Shown here one piece after another: positions 1 through 11,028 of a stretch of 47,620 bases of DNA. The DNA comes from a virus (lineage: Duplodnaviria > Heunggongvirae > Uroviricota > Caudoviricetes). The stretch is from positions 239,836 through 287,455 of the IMG/VR virus record IMGVR_UViG_3300033076_000838. One strand, written 5' to 3'. How positions within the stretch are numbered: the stretch's first letter is position 1; the number at the start of each line of letters is the position of its first letter. Made by a program: the position numbers and the translations under genes. Below the pieces are notes generated by a model. It was not told the origin of the DNA. It did not search any database and saw only the letters and a program-made list of their open reading frames with translations.

Positions 1-2
1 TT

Positions 3-152
3 TCAGATGAAGAAGATTGGTTAAAAGATATGAGAAGATATAATTTTTATCAATTCTTCTCAAATCACGATAGAAGACGAGGAACTGATTTCTTAAAAAC
101 ATTCCCAGAATTTGAAAACTTTTGGAACATTTGTAAAAACACTAAAATATGA
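3..152 (+). CDS. C-terminal fragment of a probable radical SAM (twitch-domain type) protein, truncated by the window edge
   Basis: Frame 3 reads ...NFYQFFSNHDRRRGTDFLKTFPEFENFWNICKNTKI*. The D-x-RR-x-T-x-F-xx-TFPE tail resembles C-termini of phage radical SAM proteins. The stop overlaps the next start (ATGA). Confidence 0.45.
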   Translation, partial: SDEEDWLKDMRRYNFYQFFSNHDRRRGTDFLKTFPEFENFWNICKNTKI

Positions 153-931
153 TAGAAATAAATTACAAAGATTGGTGGGAGATTTGTATCGAAAACCAAC
201 ACGGATTAAAAGATAAAAACTCAGCAGCTTGGGCACAAGGAGATTTTACATTATTTACAAGATTTAAAACTAACTTTGATGCTATAAAAAAAGATGCAGA
301 AGAAAACAATGCTTGTTGTATTATTGGAAAACCTGGTCTTCATTTAGGTTTGTATGTTACATTAGATGGGTATGTAAAATTTGATTGGTGGACAAAAGAT
401 ACACCAGATTCAGACCCTAAATTTAATCACGTATTTGTACCACATAAAATTGAAAATCAAGAATGGTTAAAAGTTTTTGTATCACATGATAGTGTTAATA
501 AAGAATTTGTAGTATGTTTTTACAACGAAGTAGATGAACTAATGATGTCATCAACAAATAAATACACCGGTGATTTGGTAGATTATAGTTGGTGTAACAC
601 ATATGTAGGATGTGCATATCATCATAAAAATACTTACCCACATAATGGATTCTGGGCAGGAACAATTGATTATATTAAGGCAGTTGATTTCTTTACACCA
701 AAAGTAGTGTTACAAGATGAAATTTATTTTGATGATTTAATGACAGATGTTACATACGAAAGTACTTGGTTTCACTACACCGGTGACACACATACTTACT
801 CAACTATTTCAGATATATCCGGTCATTCAAATCATTTAAGACATAAAAGACAATGGTATATTGAAACATTTAAAAATTATGAAGTAGAATTGATGAATGA
901 AATAAATAATAAAGTTACATCTATTATCTAA
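149..931 (+). CDS. LamG/concanavalin A-like jelly-roll domain protein
   Basis: Motifs YVG..GFWAGTIDYIK and DISGHSNH (DxSGNxNH-like) typical of LamG-like domains; translationally coupled to both neighbours. Confidence 0.5.
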   Translation: MIEINYKDWWEICIENQHGLKDKNSAAWAQGDFTLFTRFKTNFDAIKKDAEENNACCIIGKPGLHLGLYVTLDGYVKFDWWTKDTPDSDPKFNHVFVPHKIENQEWLKVFVSHDSVNKEFVVCFYNEVDELMMSSTNKYTGDLVDYSWCNTYVGCAYHHKNTYPHNGFWAGTIDYIKAVDFFTPKVVLQDEIYFDDLMTDVTYESTWFHYTGDTHTYSTISDISGHSNHLRHKRQWYIETFKNYEVELMNEINNKVTSII

Positions 932-2352
932 TGAGTAAATATTCTAAAATCAATATTGTAAGTGAATATTTAACCCCTAATGGTTATTTATTTAATGGTT
1001 ATGCACAAGAAGATTTACCAGAAATATTTTTACAACATTTAAAAAAAATAAAGGGTTTTAATAATGAAGTAGTAAGGTCAGATGATGAACGTATATATAA
1101 TTTACAAAACATACATAGTCCATTTTTAGATTATATTAAACAATATACTACTAAATTTCAAAATACTGCTCATAAAAAACCAATAGTAGAATTTAAAATA
1201 TCAAGTGAAATCGATGAAAGAGAGTTACATAATGATATTTTAAATATATTTTTATTAGAATCCGATACTCGTTCGGTTTTTAAATATTATGGAATAAAAG
1301 GTATTCATTTTTCCGAAAGAAGTTTGAATTTGATAAGAAATAATAAAAATTGTATAATATTAATTTTAGATTGGAGAGAGGGTTCATATTCATTGCCCGA
1401 TGAAATTATAGAATATTTTAATAATTTTGTAGAAACGAATGGTTTATCAAAAAAAGATGTATTTTTATACAACAATAATTTTCAAATAAAATTAGATGAT
1501 ACAAAATGTAAATTTACATTAGGTACATTTCCATATTATATTTTATTAGGAATAGACCCGCGGTTAGCTGGAACATACGATTCTACAAATAAAAAATTAT
1601 CATATGTTACATGTGAAGATTCTTTAAACTTATATTCACAAATTAGAAATCATAAATTTTTATCATACAATAGAAATTCGGATAGATTACATAGACCATA
1701 TGTAATATCTAAAATGTATAATGATGGTATGTTGTCTGAATCTATGGTATCGCTTTATGAATCACGTGCTTTATCAAATTACGATGAAATTTTAAAAGAT
1801 ATACAAATTTTAGAATTTGAAACATTAAAATTTTCAAAAAATGATAGAGAAATACTAAAAAAATTGGTAGATGAATCGTATCCATTAAAATTAGATTATG
1901 AGGATGGGGATGAATGTGCAAGAGGTGATAATCAAATGAGTGTGAAAGACCATTTTTTAGATTCATATATCAATATTGTATGTGAAACATCATGTCATTC
2001 AAATTATACATTTATAACCGAAAAAACACTAAGGCCTATAATAAATTTACAACCATTTATTTTATTTGGCAATCCATATACATTAGTTGAATTACAAAAC
2101 TTAGGTTTTAAAACATTTGATAAATGGATTGATGAAAGTTATGATATGGAATTAGACACAAATAAACGTTTTGAATTAGCATACTTAGAAGTTAAACGTT
2201 TATTTGATATGGATATTGATGAAATACATGAATTATATTATGAGATGTTTGATGTATTAGAATATAATTTTAATCATTTAGTTTCAATTTATAAAAATTA
2301 CGAATTACCATTATATTTGGGAAATTCAATATACGAAAATTTAAAAATATGA
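931..2352 (+). CDS. Putative glycosyltransferase (GT10/fucosyltransferase-like C-terminal domain), paralog 1
   Basis: KFLSYNR..R.HR, YINIVCET, FITEKTLRPI..LQPFI, LGFKTF..DESYD motifs shared with 7146 and 11567. TEK...PI is a GT10-like signature. Confidence 0.5.
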   Translation: MSKYSKINIVSEYLTPNGYLFNGYAQEDLPEIFLQHLKKIKGFNNEVVRSDDERIYNLQNIHSPFLDYIKQYTTKFQNTAHKKPIVEFKISSEIDERELHNDILNIFLLESDTRSVFKYYGIKGIHFSERSLNLIRNNKNCIILILDWREGSYSLPDEIIEYFNNFVETNGLSKKDVFLYNNNFQIKLDDTKCKFTLGTFPYYILLGIDPRLAGTYDSTNKKLSYVTCEDSLNLYSQIRNHKFLSYNRNSDRLHRPYVISKMYNDGMLSESMVSLYESRALSNYDEILKDIQILEFETLKFSKNDREILKKLVDESYPLKLDYEDGDECARGDNQMSVKDHFLDSYINIVCETSCHSNYTFITEKTLRPIINLQPFILFGNPYTLVELQNLGFKTFDKWIDESYDMELDTNKRFELAYLEVKRLFDMDIDEIHELYYEMFDVLEYNFNHLVSIYKNYELPLYLGNSIYENLKI

Positions 2353-3314
2353 GAGTTTTAATTACAGGTGGTGCAGGATACTTAGGTTCAGTTTTAGTTG
2401 AACGATTATTAAATAAAGGATATTGGGTGACAGTATTGGATAATTTGATGTATAATCAAACATCACTTATTCATTATTCACACAATAAAAAATTTGATTT
2501 TATTTATGGTGATGTTAGGAATAGTAAATTGTTGGAAGATTTAGTTACAACATTTGATATAGTAATTCCTTTAGCAGCAATTGTAGGATTTCCTGCTTGT
2601 GATAGAGATAAAGACCTTGCAACTGCGGTAAACTACGAACATGTTAGAAAGGTATGTGAATTAGCAAAGAATACAAGAACAAAAGTTATTTATCCAAATA
2701 CGAATAGTGGATATGGGATAGGAGAGAATGGTGAGTGTACCGAAGAGAGTCCACTTAACCCAATTTCCCACTATGGAGTAACCAAAGTTAATGCAGAGAG
2801 AGAGGTATTATCCATCGGTGGCATTTCAATACGACTTGCCACCGTCTTTGGTTCATCTCCTCGAATGAGAATGGATTTGTTGGTAAACGAATTTGTTTAC
2901 AAAGCATTGACAGATAAATACATTACTATTTTCGAAAAGAATTTTACTCGTAACTATATTCATATTAGAGATGTTGCTAAAACATTTGAATATATGATAG
3001 AAAATTACGATAATTTTAGTGGTGAAGTATTTAATGTAGGTCTTTCATCTGCAAATCTTACCAAACAAGAATTGGTAGAAAAAATTAAAGAGTTTGTTCC
3101 AAATTTTGCAATCACATATTCAGATTTCTATGAAGACCCCGATAAGAGAGATTATATTGTTTCTAACAAAAAATTAGAAGATACTGGTTGGAGTCCAGAT
3201 TGGAGTTTGGAAGATGGAATTGTAGAACTAATAAAAACATATACAATATTAATACAAGATTTATCATCAAAATATAGAAATGGATTTCCATTAGGTTATG
3301 GCACAAGGACGTAG
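2349..3314 (+). CDS. NAD-dependent NDP-sugar epimerase/dehydratase (extended SDR)
   Basis: GGAGYLG Rossmann motif and YGVTK (YxxxK) catalytic motif. Confidence 0.9.
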   Translation: MRVLITGGAGYLGSVLVERLLNKGYWVTVLDNLMYNQTSLIHYSHNKKFDFIYGDVRNSKLLEDLVTTFDIVIPLAAIVGFPACDRDKDLATAVNYEHVRKVCELAKNTRTKVIYPNTNSGYGIGENGECTEESPLNPISHYGVTKVNAEREVLSIGGISIRLATVFGSSPRMRMDLLVNEFVYKALTDKYITIFEKNFTRNYIHIRDVAKTFEYMIENYDNFSGEVFNVGLSSANLTKQELVEKIKEFVPNFAITYSDFYEDPDKRDYIVSNKKLEDTGWSPDWSLEDGIVELIKTYTILIQDLSSKYRNGFPLGYGTRT

Positions 3315-3882
3315 TATATTTTACAAAGAAAGAAGTTGGAATGATTTCCACTATTATAATGGTTCAGTTTTACCAGAGGTTAAAATAGTTCAACCATCTA
3401 CATATTATGAGTATAGAGGTTCTATCTCTACAACTTATCATTCAGATTATTATGACCGTTTGTTGCCCGCCGCTGAACGCAATAATGGGGTAAACTTTAA
3501 ACACGATAGATACTCAAAATCTAAAATTGGTGTTTTAAGAGGAATGCATTATGATGAAAAGACTTGGAAATTGGTAAGTTGTTTGCAAGGAAAGATATAT
3601 TTGGTAGTTATGGATGTAAGACCCAAATCACCAACGTATGGTAAGTGGGAATCTTTCATAATTTCACCTGAAACTGCAACGCAAGTCCTAATTCCACCTA
3701 TGTTTGCTAATGGACATTATGTGATGGAAGATGATTCTATCTTTTTTTACAAAATGGCGTATGATGGTGAGTATAATGATGAGAACAAACAAAAGACAAT
3801 CGTATTTAATGACAAAAGATTTAATGTTGAATGGCCTGTAGCACAACCAATATTATCAAAAAGAGATAGAAATGGAAATTAA
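3298..3882 (+). CDS. rmlC: dTDP-4-dehydrorhamnose 3,5-epimerase family (RmlC-like cupin)
   Basis: GVLRGMHY, KLVSCLQGKIYLVVMDVRPKSPTYGKW, LIPPMFANGHY, LSKRD match the RmlC family. Confidence 0.85.
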   Translation: MAQGRSIFYKERSWNDFHYYNGSVLPEVKIVQPSTYYEYRGSISTTYHSDYYDRLLPAAERNNGVNFKHDRYSKSKIGVLRGMHYDEKTWKLVSCLQGKIYLVVMDVRPKSPTYGKWESFIISPETATQVLIPPMFANGHYVMEDDSIFFYKMAYDGEYNDENKQKTIVFNDKRFNVEWPVAQPILSKRDRNGN

Positions 3883-4510
3883 AAACTTAGATTATCATGA
3901 AGACCGATGGGTAGATGGTAATTTTACACCCGAAGAATTAATAAAATTTGAAGATGATGTAATCAAGCATTGGGAAGATGGAAAAATCCGTGGTCCAATA
4001 CATTTATCAAATGGAAATGAAGAACAACTTATTGAAGTTTTCAAAAAAATTGGCATTGATGATTGGGTTTTCTCTACTTGGAGGTCACATTATCATGCAC
4101 TTTTACATGGAATTGATAAAAGTTGGTTAATGGGAGAAATTTTAGATGGTAAAAGTATTACTATCGTAAATAAAAAATGTAATTTCTATTCATCAGCAAT
4201 TGTAACTGGTATTTTACCCATTGCATTAGGTGTTGCTCAATCAATTAAGTTGAAAGGTGAGGATAAAAAAGTATGGTGTTTCATAGGTGATATGACTTTT
4301 GAGACCGGAATCTTTTATGAGGTTCATAAATACGCAAGAAATAACAATTTACCACTTTATTTTGTAGTAGAAGATAATGGAGTATCAACAAATACACCAA
4401 CTTTGGATACATGGGGTGGAATTCAGAGAGAAATACCAGAAGATGTGATTTATTATCAATATAAATCAAAATATCCACACTACGGAACTGGGAAATGGGT
4501 AGTATTTTAA
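3872..4510 (+). CDS. Short thiamine-diphosphate enzyme, E1-alpha-like subunit
   Basis: GPIHLSNGNE, STWRSHYHALLHG, ThDP-binding motif GDMTFETG...VVEDN; only 212 aa. Confidence 0.85.
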   Translation: MEIKNLDYHEDRWVDGNFTPEELIKFEDDVIKHWEDGKIRGPIHLSNGNEEQLIEVFKKIGIDDWVFSTWRSHYHALLHGIDKSWLMGEILDGKSITIVNKKCNFYSSAIVTGILPIALGVAQSIKLKGEDKKVWCFIGDMTFETGIFYEVHKYARNNNLPLYFVVEDNGVSTNTPTLDTWGGIQREIPEDVIYYQYKSKYPHYGTGKWVVF

Positions 4511-4514
4511 CAAT

Positions 4515-5717
4515 ATGCTGTATAAAAATGAATTGCATGGATTTGATAAGTTCATATTGGATTGGAACTTAGAAACCGAATACGTTTTATTCGGTGCAAG
4601 TAAAGAATGCGTTCAATTTATACGAAGTATTGACCATTTAATGGGTGAAAACTCATTAAAAATAAAATATATAGTTGACCATAGTGTAAATGGTAAAACA
4701 ACAATCGATAATATAACCGAAATTAGTAATTTTTATCATCAAAGTAAAAATCTAAAAACAAATAATAGAAATTTAGAGTTAATTCATATTGATGATTACG
4801 ATTTTAACCCAAATCAACAAATTATTATAACAACCGATGTATTCAGAAACGAATATAAACAATTGTTGGATAAAAAAGGTATAAAATCAGTTTGGTATAA
4901 AAATATTGCATCAATTTGGCCTTACAAATATAAAAATAAAGTTCATATATTCCAAACGGATATATTAGTAACTGAAAAATGTACTTTAGCATGTTCTTAT
5001 TGTAATATGTTCATGCCACACTACGAATTTCCAATACATAGGGAGTTTGATATTATAAAATCAGATATAGATTCGTATTTTAATTTAGTTGATTATGTAA
5101 GTGTCTTTCATTTGGTAGGTGGAGAACCATTTTTATACCCACATATAGAAGATTTAGTAAGATATATTTTAGAAAACTATAATGATAAAATTGATAAGTT
5201 AATAATCACAACAAATGGTACGATTTTACCAAAACAATCTACATTAGATTTATTAAAACAAAACGATGTCATTTTGAGTGTTAGTGATTACACCGATAAA
5301 TTAGAACACATTCAAACTAAGGTATTAAAAGTATTAAATGCATATAAAACACAAAATGTAAATCATTATGTTCGTACTGAAATTGAGTGGTATGATTTTG
5401 GAGATTTGCGAATTAAAAAGAATTTATCAACCGATGAATTGATTAAACACTTTGATAGTTGTACTGCACCATTTAGAGGATTGAATGATGGTAAGTTTTA
5501 TTATTGTCATCTAAACACATCGGCAGTAAGAACAAATTTATTTCCATTAAATGACAACGATTTTGTATCAATTGATTCAGTATCAAAAGAAGATTTAATT
5601 CGTTTTGATTTAGGATATACTGATTTGGGTTATATAACATTTTGTGATAATTGTAATGGGTGTAATACTGGTAGAACTAAAGAATGGGTTAGTTATGAAA
5701 AACAAGGATTGAGATGA
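4515..5717 (+). CDS. Radical SAM protein with an N-terminal Rossmann-like domain and a C-terminal Cys-rich (SPASM/twitch-like) region
   Basis: CTLACSYC (CxxxCxxC), GGEPFL, TTNGT, later C..YYCH..CDNCNGC. Confidence 0.85.
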   Translation: MLYKNELHGFDKFILDWNLETEYVLFGASKECVQFIRSIDHLMGENSLKIKYIVDHSVNGKTTIDNITEISNFYHQSKNLKTNNRNLELIHIDDYDFNPNQQIIITTDVFRNEYKQLLDKKGIKSVWYKNIASIWPYKYKNKVHIFQTDILVTEKCTLACSYCNMFMPHYEFPIHREFDIIKSDIDSYFNLVDYVSVFHLVGGEPFLYPHIEDLVRYILENYNDKIDKLIITTNGTILPKQSTLDLLKQNDVILSVSDYTDKLEHIQTKVLKVLNAYKTQNVNHYVRTEIEWYDFGDLRIKKNLSTDELIKHFDSCTAPFRGLNDGKFYYCHLNTSAVRTNLFPLNDNDFVSIDSVSKEDLIRFDLGYTDLGYITFCDNCNGCNTGRTKEWVSYEKQGLR

Positions 5718-6154
5718 TAGTAATAGTTGATATAGATAATACACTTGCATTAAATAATCATAGATTTGAATTAGCAAAAAACAAAAATGGTAAAACTAAT
5801 TGGGATGTTGCTTATGATTTTAAAAATGTAATGAACGATTTACCACACCATCCTATGATTGATTTAGTTCAGAGGTATAATAAAGATGGTTTTAAAATTG
5901 TAATATTCACAGGTCGACCAGAATCAGTTAGACAACCAACCGAATTGTGGTTAAAAACTCATAACATTCCATATGATGAATTGTATATGAGAACGGAAGA
6001 TGACCATTATATTAAAGCAAATCTATTAAAAGGTAGAATGTTTAAAAAATATATAAATGAAGATGTATTTTGTGCATATGATGACGATGATTCTATTATT
6101 GATTTATGGAAACATTTAGGAATCCATTCATTTAAAGTAATCGGAATACAATGA
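5714..6154 (+). CDS. HAD-family phosphatase (T4 PNKP 3'-phosphatase-like)
   Basis: DIDNT motif I, FTGRPE motif II, LYMR...D...K, and YDDD motif IV. Confidence 0.8.
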   Translation: MIVIVDIDNTLALNNHRFELAKNKNGKTNWDVAYDFKNVMNDLPHHPMIDLVQRYNKDGFKIVIFTGRPESVRQPTELWLKTHNIPYDELYMRTEDDHYIKANLLKGRMFKKYINEDVFCAYDDDDSIIDLWKHLGIHSFKVIGIQ

Positions 6155-7146
6155 GCGGAATAACTAATCAAATTAAATTGTTAAAAGATTGCAATTGGGA
6201 AAATCCACAATCATTAGAAGAATTGGGATACATCTATTTCGGCCCATTACTTTTTAATTATTTTACTTGGTTAGTAACCGAAATTGGTGATTCTGAAAAA
6301 ATACTTTTTAATTCTAGAGAAGGATTATTTTTACAAGAGATTTACGAATTATTCAACACAAAATATAATCTACCGAAATCAGAATATTTTAAAACATCTC
6401 GTAGATTATCAACTATTGCATCTATAAAAACTGCCGGAGATATTTACCATACATTTACATTACATAGATATAATGGTAAATTATCAAGTTTATTAAAAGA
6501 TAGATTTGGTATTACACCGGATATTAAAAACGATGAAGATATAAATACGAATATTTCAATACCTAATTTAGATTTATATTTAGAAGATATTTTACAAAAT
6601 TCAAAAAAAGTTAGAGATGAATACCAAAAATATGTATTTAATGTTATTGGTGATTTTAAAAATGTTTTAATGGTTGATAGTGGTTATCAAGGAACTACAC
6701 AATACAATATTGAAAAAGCATACGGATTAAAATTTAAAGGCCGTTATATGATTTATAAAGGAAACCCTTTATTAGATGACGTGAAAGGTTTTTATGATTT
6801 TGAAAAAGGATTATTTGGAAACAATATTATATTTTTTGAATCCGTATTTACTGATAAAGTTGGTAGTTATGTGGATATAATAAATGGTGAATTTGTAAAT
6901 GAATCACCATCTGAAAATCAAAAATATTTTAGTGATAAAATTAAAATTGTAAATGGTATTAAAAAGTTTATTGTTGAAATGTTGAATACTAATTCAGATT
7001 TAACTGAAACCCTAAATAACATACCAGATATTATATTTGATTTGATGTGTAATAAAAAATATATTAAAAATGAATCTTTATTTGATTCATTTTATCACGA
7101 CAATTCATATACAAGAATTTTTGAAAAAAAAATAGATAGAAAATAA
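6151..7146 (+). CDS. Polysaccharide-locus protein resembling the C-terminal part of HAD-fused capsule/glycan enzymes
   Basis: FGPLL...LFNSREG...SRR and MVDSGYQGTTQ motifs recalled from glycan-locus HAD-like hydrolases. Confidence 0.5.
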   Translation: MSGITNQIKLLKDCNWENPQSLEELGYIYFGPLLFNYFTWLVTEIGDSEKILFNSREGLFLQEIYELFNTKYNLPKSEYFKTSRRLSTIASIKTAGDIYHTFTLHRYNGKLSSLLKDRFGITPDIKNDEDINTNISIPNLDLYLEDILQNSKKVRDEYQKYVFNVIGDFKNVLMVDSGYQGTTQYNIEKAYGLKFKGRYMIYKGNPLLDDVKGFYDFEKGLFGNNIIFFESVFTDKVGSYVDIINGEFVNESPSENQKYFSDKIKIVNGIKKFIVEMLNTNSDLTETLNNIPDIIFDLMCNKKYIKNESLFDSFYHDNSYTRIFEKKIDRK

Positions 7147-8336
7147 TGAATAATAAATTAAATTTTGTGTTTGGTAATAATGAAATAAATGGTAATGAAT
7201 TTTTTCATCAATCTGGACTATTTAATTATGTAATAAATAACCCAAATTTTGATAAAACATTTAATTATGAATTATCAAATAATCAAAATATTTTTTTATT
7301 AGAATGTAAAGAATCTTTACACGATTTTTATAAAAAAGATTTAACCAATAAATCAGTTTTAGATACATTACCAACACATATTATAGAATCTATAAAAAAT
7401 GGTAATACTAAAATTTTATTAGCATCAATAGCAGAAGCAACTGAAATCGTATCTGATTTTTTTAATAATTTACTTATAGAATTGAATAGATTTGAATTAA
7501 ACGAATCACATTTGATTTTATTAGATTCAAACCAAAATTTTTTAGATGTAGATACTAAATTTAAGATATTTACAACATTACATTTTATTGTAATTTGTAA
7601 TTATCAACCAAATGAACTAAATGATTTAAACTACATATCAGAATTACCTACAATTTTAGATGTATTGGAAATTGATAAAAGACCCAAACATTTCTTATGC
7701 TTAAATAGAAATTCACAACGTCCACATCGATACTATTTATCTTTATTTTTTGAAAAACATAAATTATATGATAAATCATTATTTTCATTACTCATGCCGT
7801 TGCATGAAAATAATTACAAAAAATTAGAATTTTTAGAAGAATATAAAAAATCCGTAGTATCAAAAATACCTATGGAATTAGATACCCAAAATAGATTGAA
7901 AACTATTGAAGGATTTCATGTAGGCAACACCTTTTTTAAACAACATTATTTAGAATCATATTTTCACATAGTTACTGAAACTTGCTATTCAGAGGGTCAA
8001 ATCTTTTTTACTGAAAAAATATTAAAACCTATTATGTGTTTACAGCCATTTATTGTAATATCATCTACTAATTATTTGAAAAAACTAAAAAGTTTAGGAT
8101 TTAAAACATTTGATTCCATATGGGATGAAAGTTATGATGATATTGAAGATAATGAAGAGCGATTACTTAAATTATTTGAAATAATTTTAAAAATAAGTGA
8201 GTGGTCTTTGGAAGAGTGTGAAAAAAACTATAAATCAGTTTTAGATATATGTATATATAATAGAGAACATCTATCTACATTTTGGAAAATAGATGAATTC
8301 AGTAATATTTTAAATTCAATAAAAAATGAATGGTAA
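7146..8336 (+). CDS. Putative glycosyltransferase (GT10-like), paralog 2
   Basis: HFLCLNR..RPHR, YFHIVTET, FFTEKILKPI..LQPFI, LGFKTF..WDESYD. Confidence 0.5.
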   Translation: MNNKLNFVFGNNEINGNEFFHQSGLFNYVINNPNFDKTFNYELSNNQNIFLLECKESLHDFYKKDLTNKSVLDTLPTHIIESIKNGNTKILLASIAEATEIVSDFFNNLLIELNRFELNESHLILLDSNQNFLDVDTKFKIFTTLHFIVICNYQPNELNDLNYISELPTILDVLEIDKRPKHFLCLNRNSQRPHRYYLSLFFEKHKLYDKSLFSLLMPLHENNYKKLEFLEEYKKSVVSKIPMELDTQNRLKTIEGFHVGNTFFKQHYLESYFHIVTETCYSEGQIFFTEKILKPIMCLQPFIVISSTNYLKKLKSLGFKTFDSIWDESYDDIEDNEERLLKLFEIILKISEWSLEECEKNYKSVLDICIYNREHLSTFWKIDEFSNILNSIKNEW

Positions 8337-9291
8337 AAAGGTTTTGATAACAGGTGCCAACGGATTGGTTGGTAATTATATGGTGGAAAAGTGTTTACAA
8401 AGAGGTGCAATCGTAACCGCAGTAGATATAGTAGAACCCACAAATCAATTAGAAAAGTACAAAGATAGTGATTATCAGTTTATCAAAGCTGATTTAAGAG
8501 AATTCAAAAATTGTAAAAGAGTTGTGGAAGGACAAGATGTTATTTTCCACATTGCAGGCGTAAAGGGTTCTCCAAAGAGAGCAGCAGAACAACCTGCCGA
8601 TTATTTTGTACCGATGTTGCAGTTTAATACCAATATGATGGAAGCTGCACGTTTAGAAAATGTAGAATGGTATGTTTATACATCAACGGTCGGAGTATAT
8701 CAACCGGCGGAAGTATTTTATGAAGATGATGTTTGGAAAACTTTCCCATCAGAAAAAGATAAGTACGCAGGATGGGCAAAAAGACTTGGAGAATTACAAG
8801 CAGAGGTTTATTCCGTATCGTACAATTGGAATAAAGCATCAATAGTAAGACCTGCAAACATTTATGGTAGACATGATAATTTTGGTCCAGAATCCACTGT
8901 CATTGCATCTTTAATCAAACGTTTATTTGGTGAGAAAGAACATCCATTAGTATGTTGGGGAGATGGTTCTCCAATTAGAGATTTTATCTATGCAGGAGAT
9001 GTGGCAGATGGAATTATTCAAGCATACGAACAAGGTATTACACAACCAATTAATTTAGGTAGTGGAACTGGTGTAACAATCAAAGAACTTGCAGAAACTT
9101 TGGTAGAAATCTACGAAGAAATGTATGAAGTTAAAGTTGATATTGAGTGGGACCCAACAAAACCAAATGGTGATGAAAAAAGATTGATGAGTACTGAAAG
9201 AGCAGAATCATTTGGAATCAAACAAAAAATATCCTTAAAGACAGGATTAAAACATACAATTGATTATTACTTAAACGAATACAACAAATAG
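8326..9291 (+). CDS. NDP-sugar epimerase/reductase (GDP-fucose synthase / GDP-mannose epimerase-like SDR)
   Basis: GANGLVG, RPANIYG, WGDGSPIRDFIY, NLGSG, WDPTKPNG. Catalytic motif is atypical (YAGWAK). Confidence 0.85.
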   Translation: MNGKKVLITGANGLVGNYMVEKCLQRGAIVTAVDIVEPTNQLEKYKDSDYQFIKADLREFKNCKRVVEGQDVIFHIAGVKGSPKRAAEQPADYFVPMLQFNTNMMEAARLENVEWYVYTSTVGVYQPAEVFYEDDVWKTFPSEKDKYAGWAKRLGELQAEVYSVSYNWNKASIVRPANIYGRHDNFGPESTVIASLIKRLFGEKEHPLVCWGDGSPIRDFIYAGDVADGIIQAYEQGITQPINLGSGTGVTIKELAETLVEIYEEMYEVKVDIEWDPTKPNGDEKRLMSTERAESFGIKQKISLKTGLKHTIDYYLNEYNK

Positions 9292-9294
9292 GTT

Positions 9295-10287
9295 ATGAAA
9301 AAAACGGATAAAATCCTAGTTACAGGTGCAAGTGGATTTATAGGTTCACATTTATTAAGATTATTACATCAAAAAGGTTACACAAATTTACGTGCAACAT
9401 CTCATAGTAGAGGTTTACGAAACGATTTTGAGGGATGTAAAGATATTCCTTTATACAAAGGTAATTTACAAGATGCTAAATTTTGTCAAGAAGTTTCGGA
9501 AGGAGTTGATGTAGTATTTCATTGTGCAGCAAATACATCAAACGCATTAGATACAAAAGAAAATCCACTTTTACACGTTACTCCAAATGTGGAGATGAAC
9601 GTAAACTTAATGGAACAAAGTTGGAGAAATAAAGTTGGTAAATTCTTATTTATTTCATCTAACACTGTCTACCCAGATATGAAAGATGAATTTTGTACGG
9701 AAGATATTAACGTTCACGCAACACCAACATTCCCTATTTATGGTGCAGTTGGTAATATGAAAAGATATGGTGAATTGTTGTGTGATTATTTTTCACATCA
9801 AATTCACAATCCAATGCAATGTTTGATTGTTAGACCTTCAAACGCATTCGGACCAAACGATAAATTTGATTATGAAAAATGTCACGTTACACCTGCAAAT
9901 ATTCGTAAAGTAGCAGATGGATTAAATCCAATTCCAGTATGGGGTGATGGTAGTGAAATTAGAGATTTACTACATGTTGAAGATATGGCTGATGGATTTA
10001 TTTGGGTTGCTGAAAACAACGATACATTCAACATATTTAACGTTGCATATGGTAAAGGATATAGTGTAAACGAAGTGTTGGGATGGATTAAAGAAATTGA
10101 AGGAAATACAAATCCAATAGAGTTTGTAAACAATAAAGCACCTATGATTCCGGTTCGTTTATTATCATCAAAGAAAATTAACGATGCTGGTTGGTTTCCA
10201 AAAAGAGATTTAAAACAAGCTCTTAAAGAAACAATAGAATGGTATAAAGAACACAAAAATCAATATAACCCAAATTCAAAACCATAA
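9295..10287 (+). CDS. NDP-sugar epimerase/reductase (extended SDR)
   Basis: GASGFIG, RPSNAFGP, WGDGSEIRDLLHVED. Confidence 0.85.
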   Translation: MKKTDKILVTGASGFIGSHLLRLLHQKGYTNLRATSHSRGLRNDFEGCKDIPLYKGNLQDAKFCQEVSEGVDVVFHCAANTSNALDTKENPLLHVTPNVEMNVNLMEQSWRNKVGKFLFISSNTVYPDMKDEFCTEDINVHATPTFPIYGAVGNMKRYGELLCDYFSHQIHNPMQCLIVRPSNAFGPNDKFDYEKCHVTPANIRKVADGLNPIPVWGDGSEIRDLLHVEDMADGFIWVAENNDTFNIFNVAYGKGYSVNEVLGWIKEIEGNTNPIEFVNNKAPMIPVRLLSSKKINDAGWFPKRDLKQALKETIEWYKEHKNQYNPNSKP

Positions 10288-11018
10288 TGATAACAAGAGG
10301 TGTTTTAGGTTTGGGATGTTCTTTTATGTGGGGTGAAGGATTATACTTTTATAGTAATCTTTTCAATACTCCTGCAATGAAAAAATATCATCAATTTGAT
10401 GGAACACATGTATTATCAGAATCTCATATACGATTTAAAAATAAAAATCGATTTTTACGAATTGTAGCAGATGAATTTGGAATGTGGGATATATCAAATG
10501 TAGGAAATGGCGGTTCTAATGTTAGGAATATTAGAGATTATGCAGAAAATGTTTTGAATAAAAATATGCTAACCAAACCTGCAGATATTGGATTGGTTAT
10601 TTATCAATTTACAGCATCTGATAGAGATTTTGTAAATGAAAGAAGAGATGAAAATGGTTGGTTGATAGGTGACCCAATGCCAATCGAAGACCAAATTGAA
10701 TTTGTAAATAAATCAATTAAAAAATGGGAATCTAATGGAATAAAAGTAGTTACACTTAGTTGGTACCCAGATTTTCCAAACCATCCGTTATATAATGAAT
10801 ATTTTAAGTATAATCATGTTGATATTGAAGTAGATGGTGACATTCAAAATTCATTTGAATATTTTTTGTGGAAAGATGAATATAATATAACAATTTCTTC
10901 CGATTTTAAAAAATATGAATTACAAATAAACGATATACATTTTAATCCAAAAGGTCATAGATGTATTGCAAATTCTATAATCAAAAAATTAAAAAACGAT
11001 TCTTGGCAATCAATTTAA
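10287..11018 (+). CDS. SGNH/GDSL-like hydrolase-fold protein
   Basis: LGCSFMWG (block I), GNGGSN (block II), DIHFNPKGH (DxH block V). Confidence 0.6.
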   Translation: MITRGVLGLGCSFMWGEGLYFYSNLFNTPAMKKYHQFDGTHVLSESHIRFKNKNRFLRIVADEFGMWDISNVGNGGSNVRNIRDYAENVLNKNMLTKPADIGLVIYQFTASDRDFVNERRDENGWLIGDPMPIEDQIEFVNKSIKKWESNGIKVVTLSWYPDFPNHPLYNEYFKYNHVDIEVDGDIQNSFEYFLWKDEYNITISSDFKKYELQINDIHFNPKGHRCIANSIIKKLKNDSWQSI

Positions 11019-11028
11019 AATTAAAAAA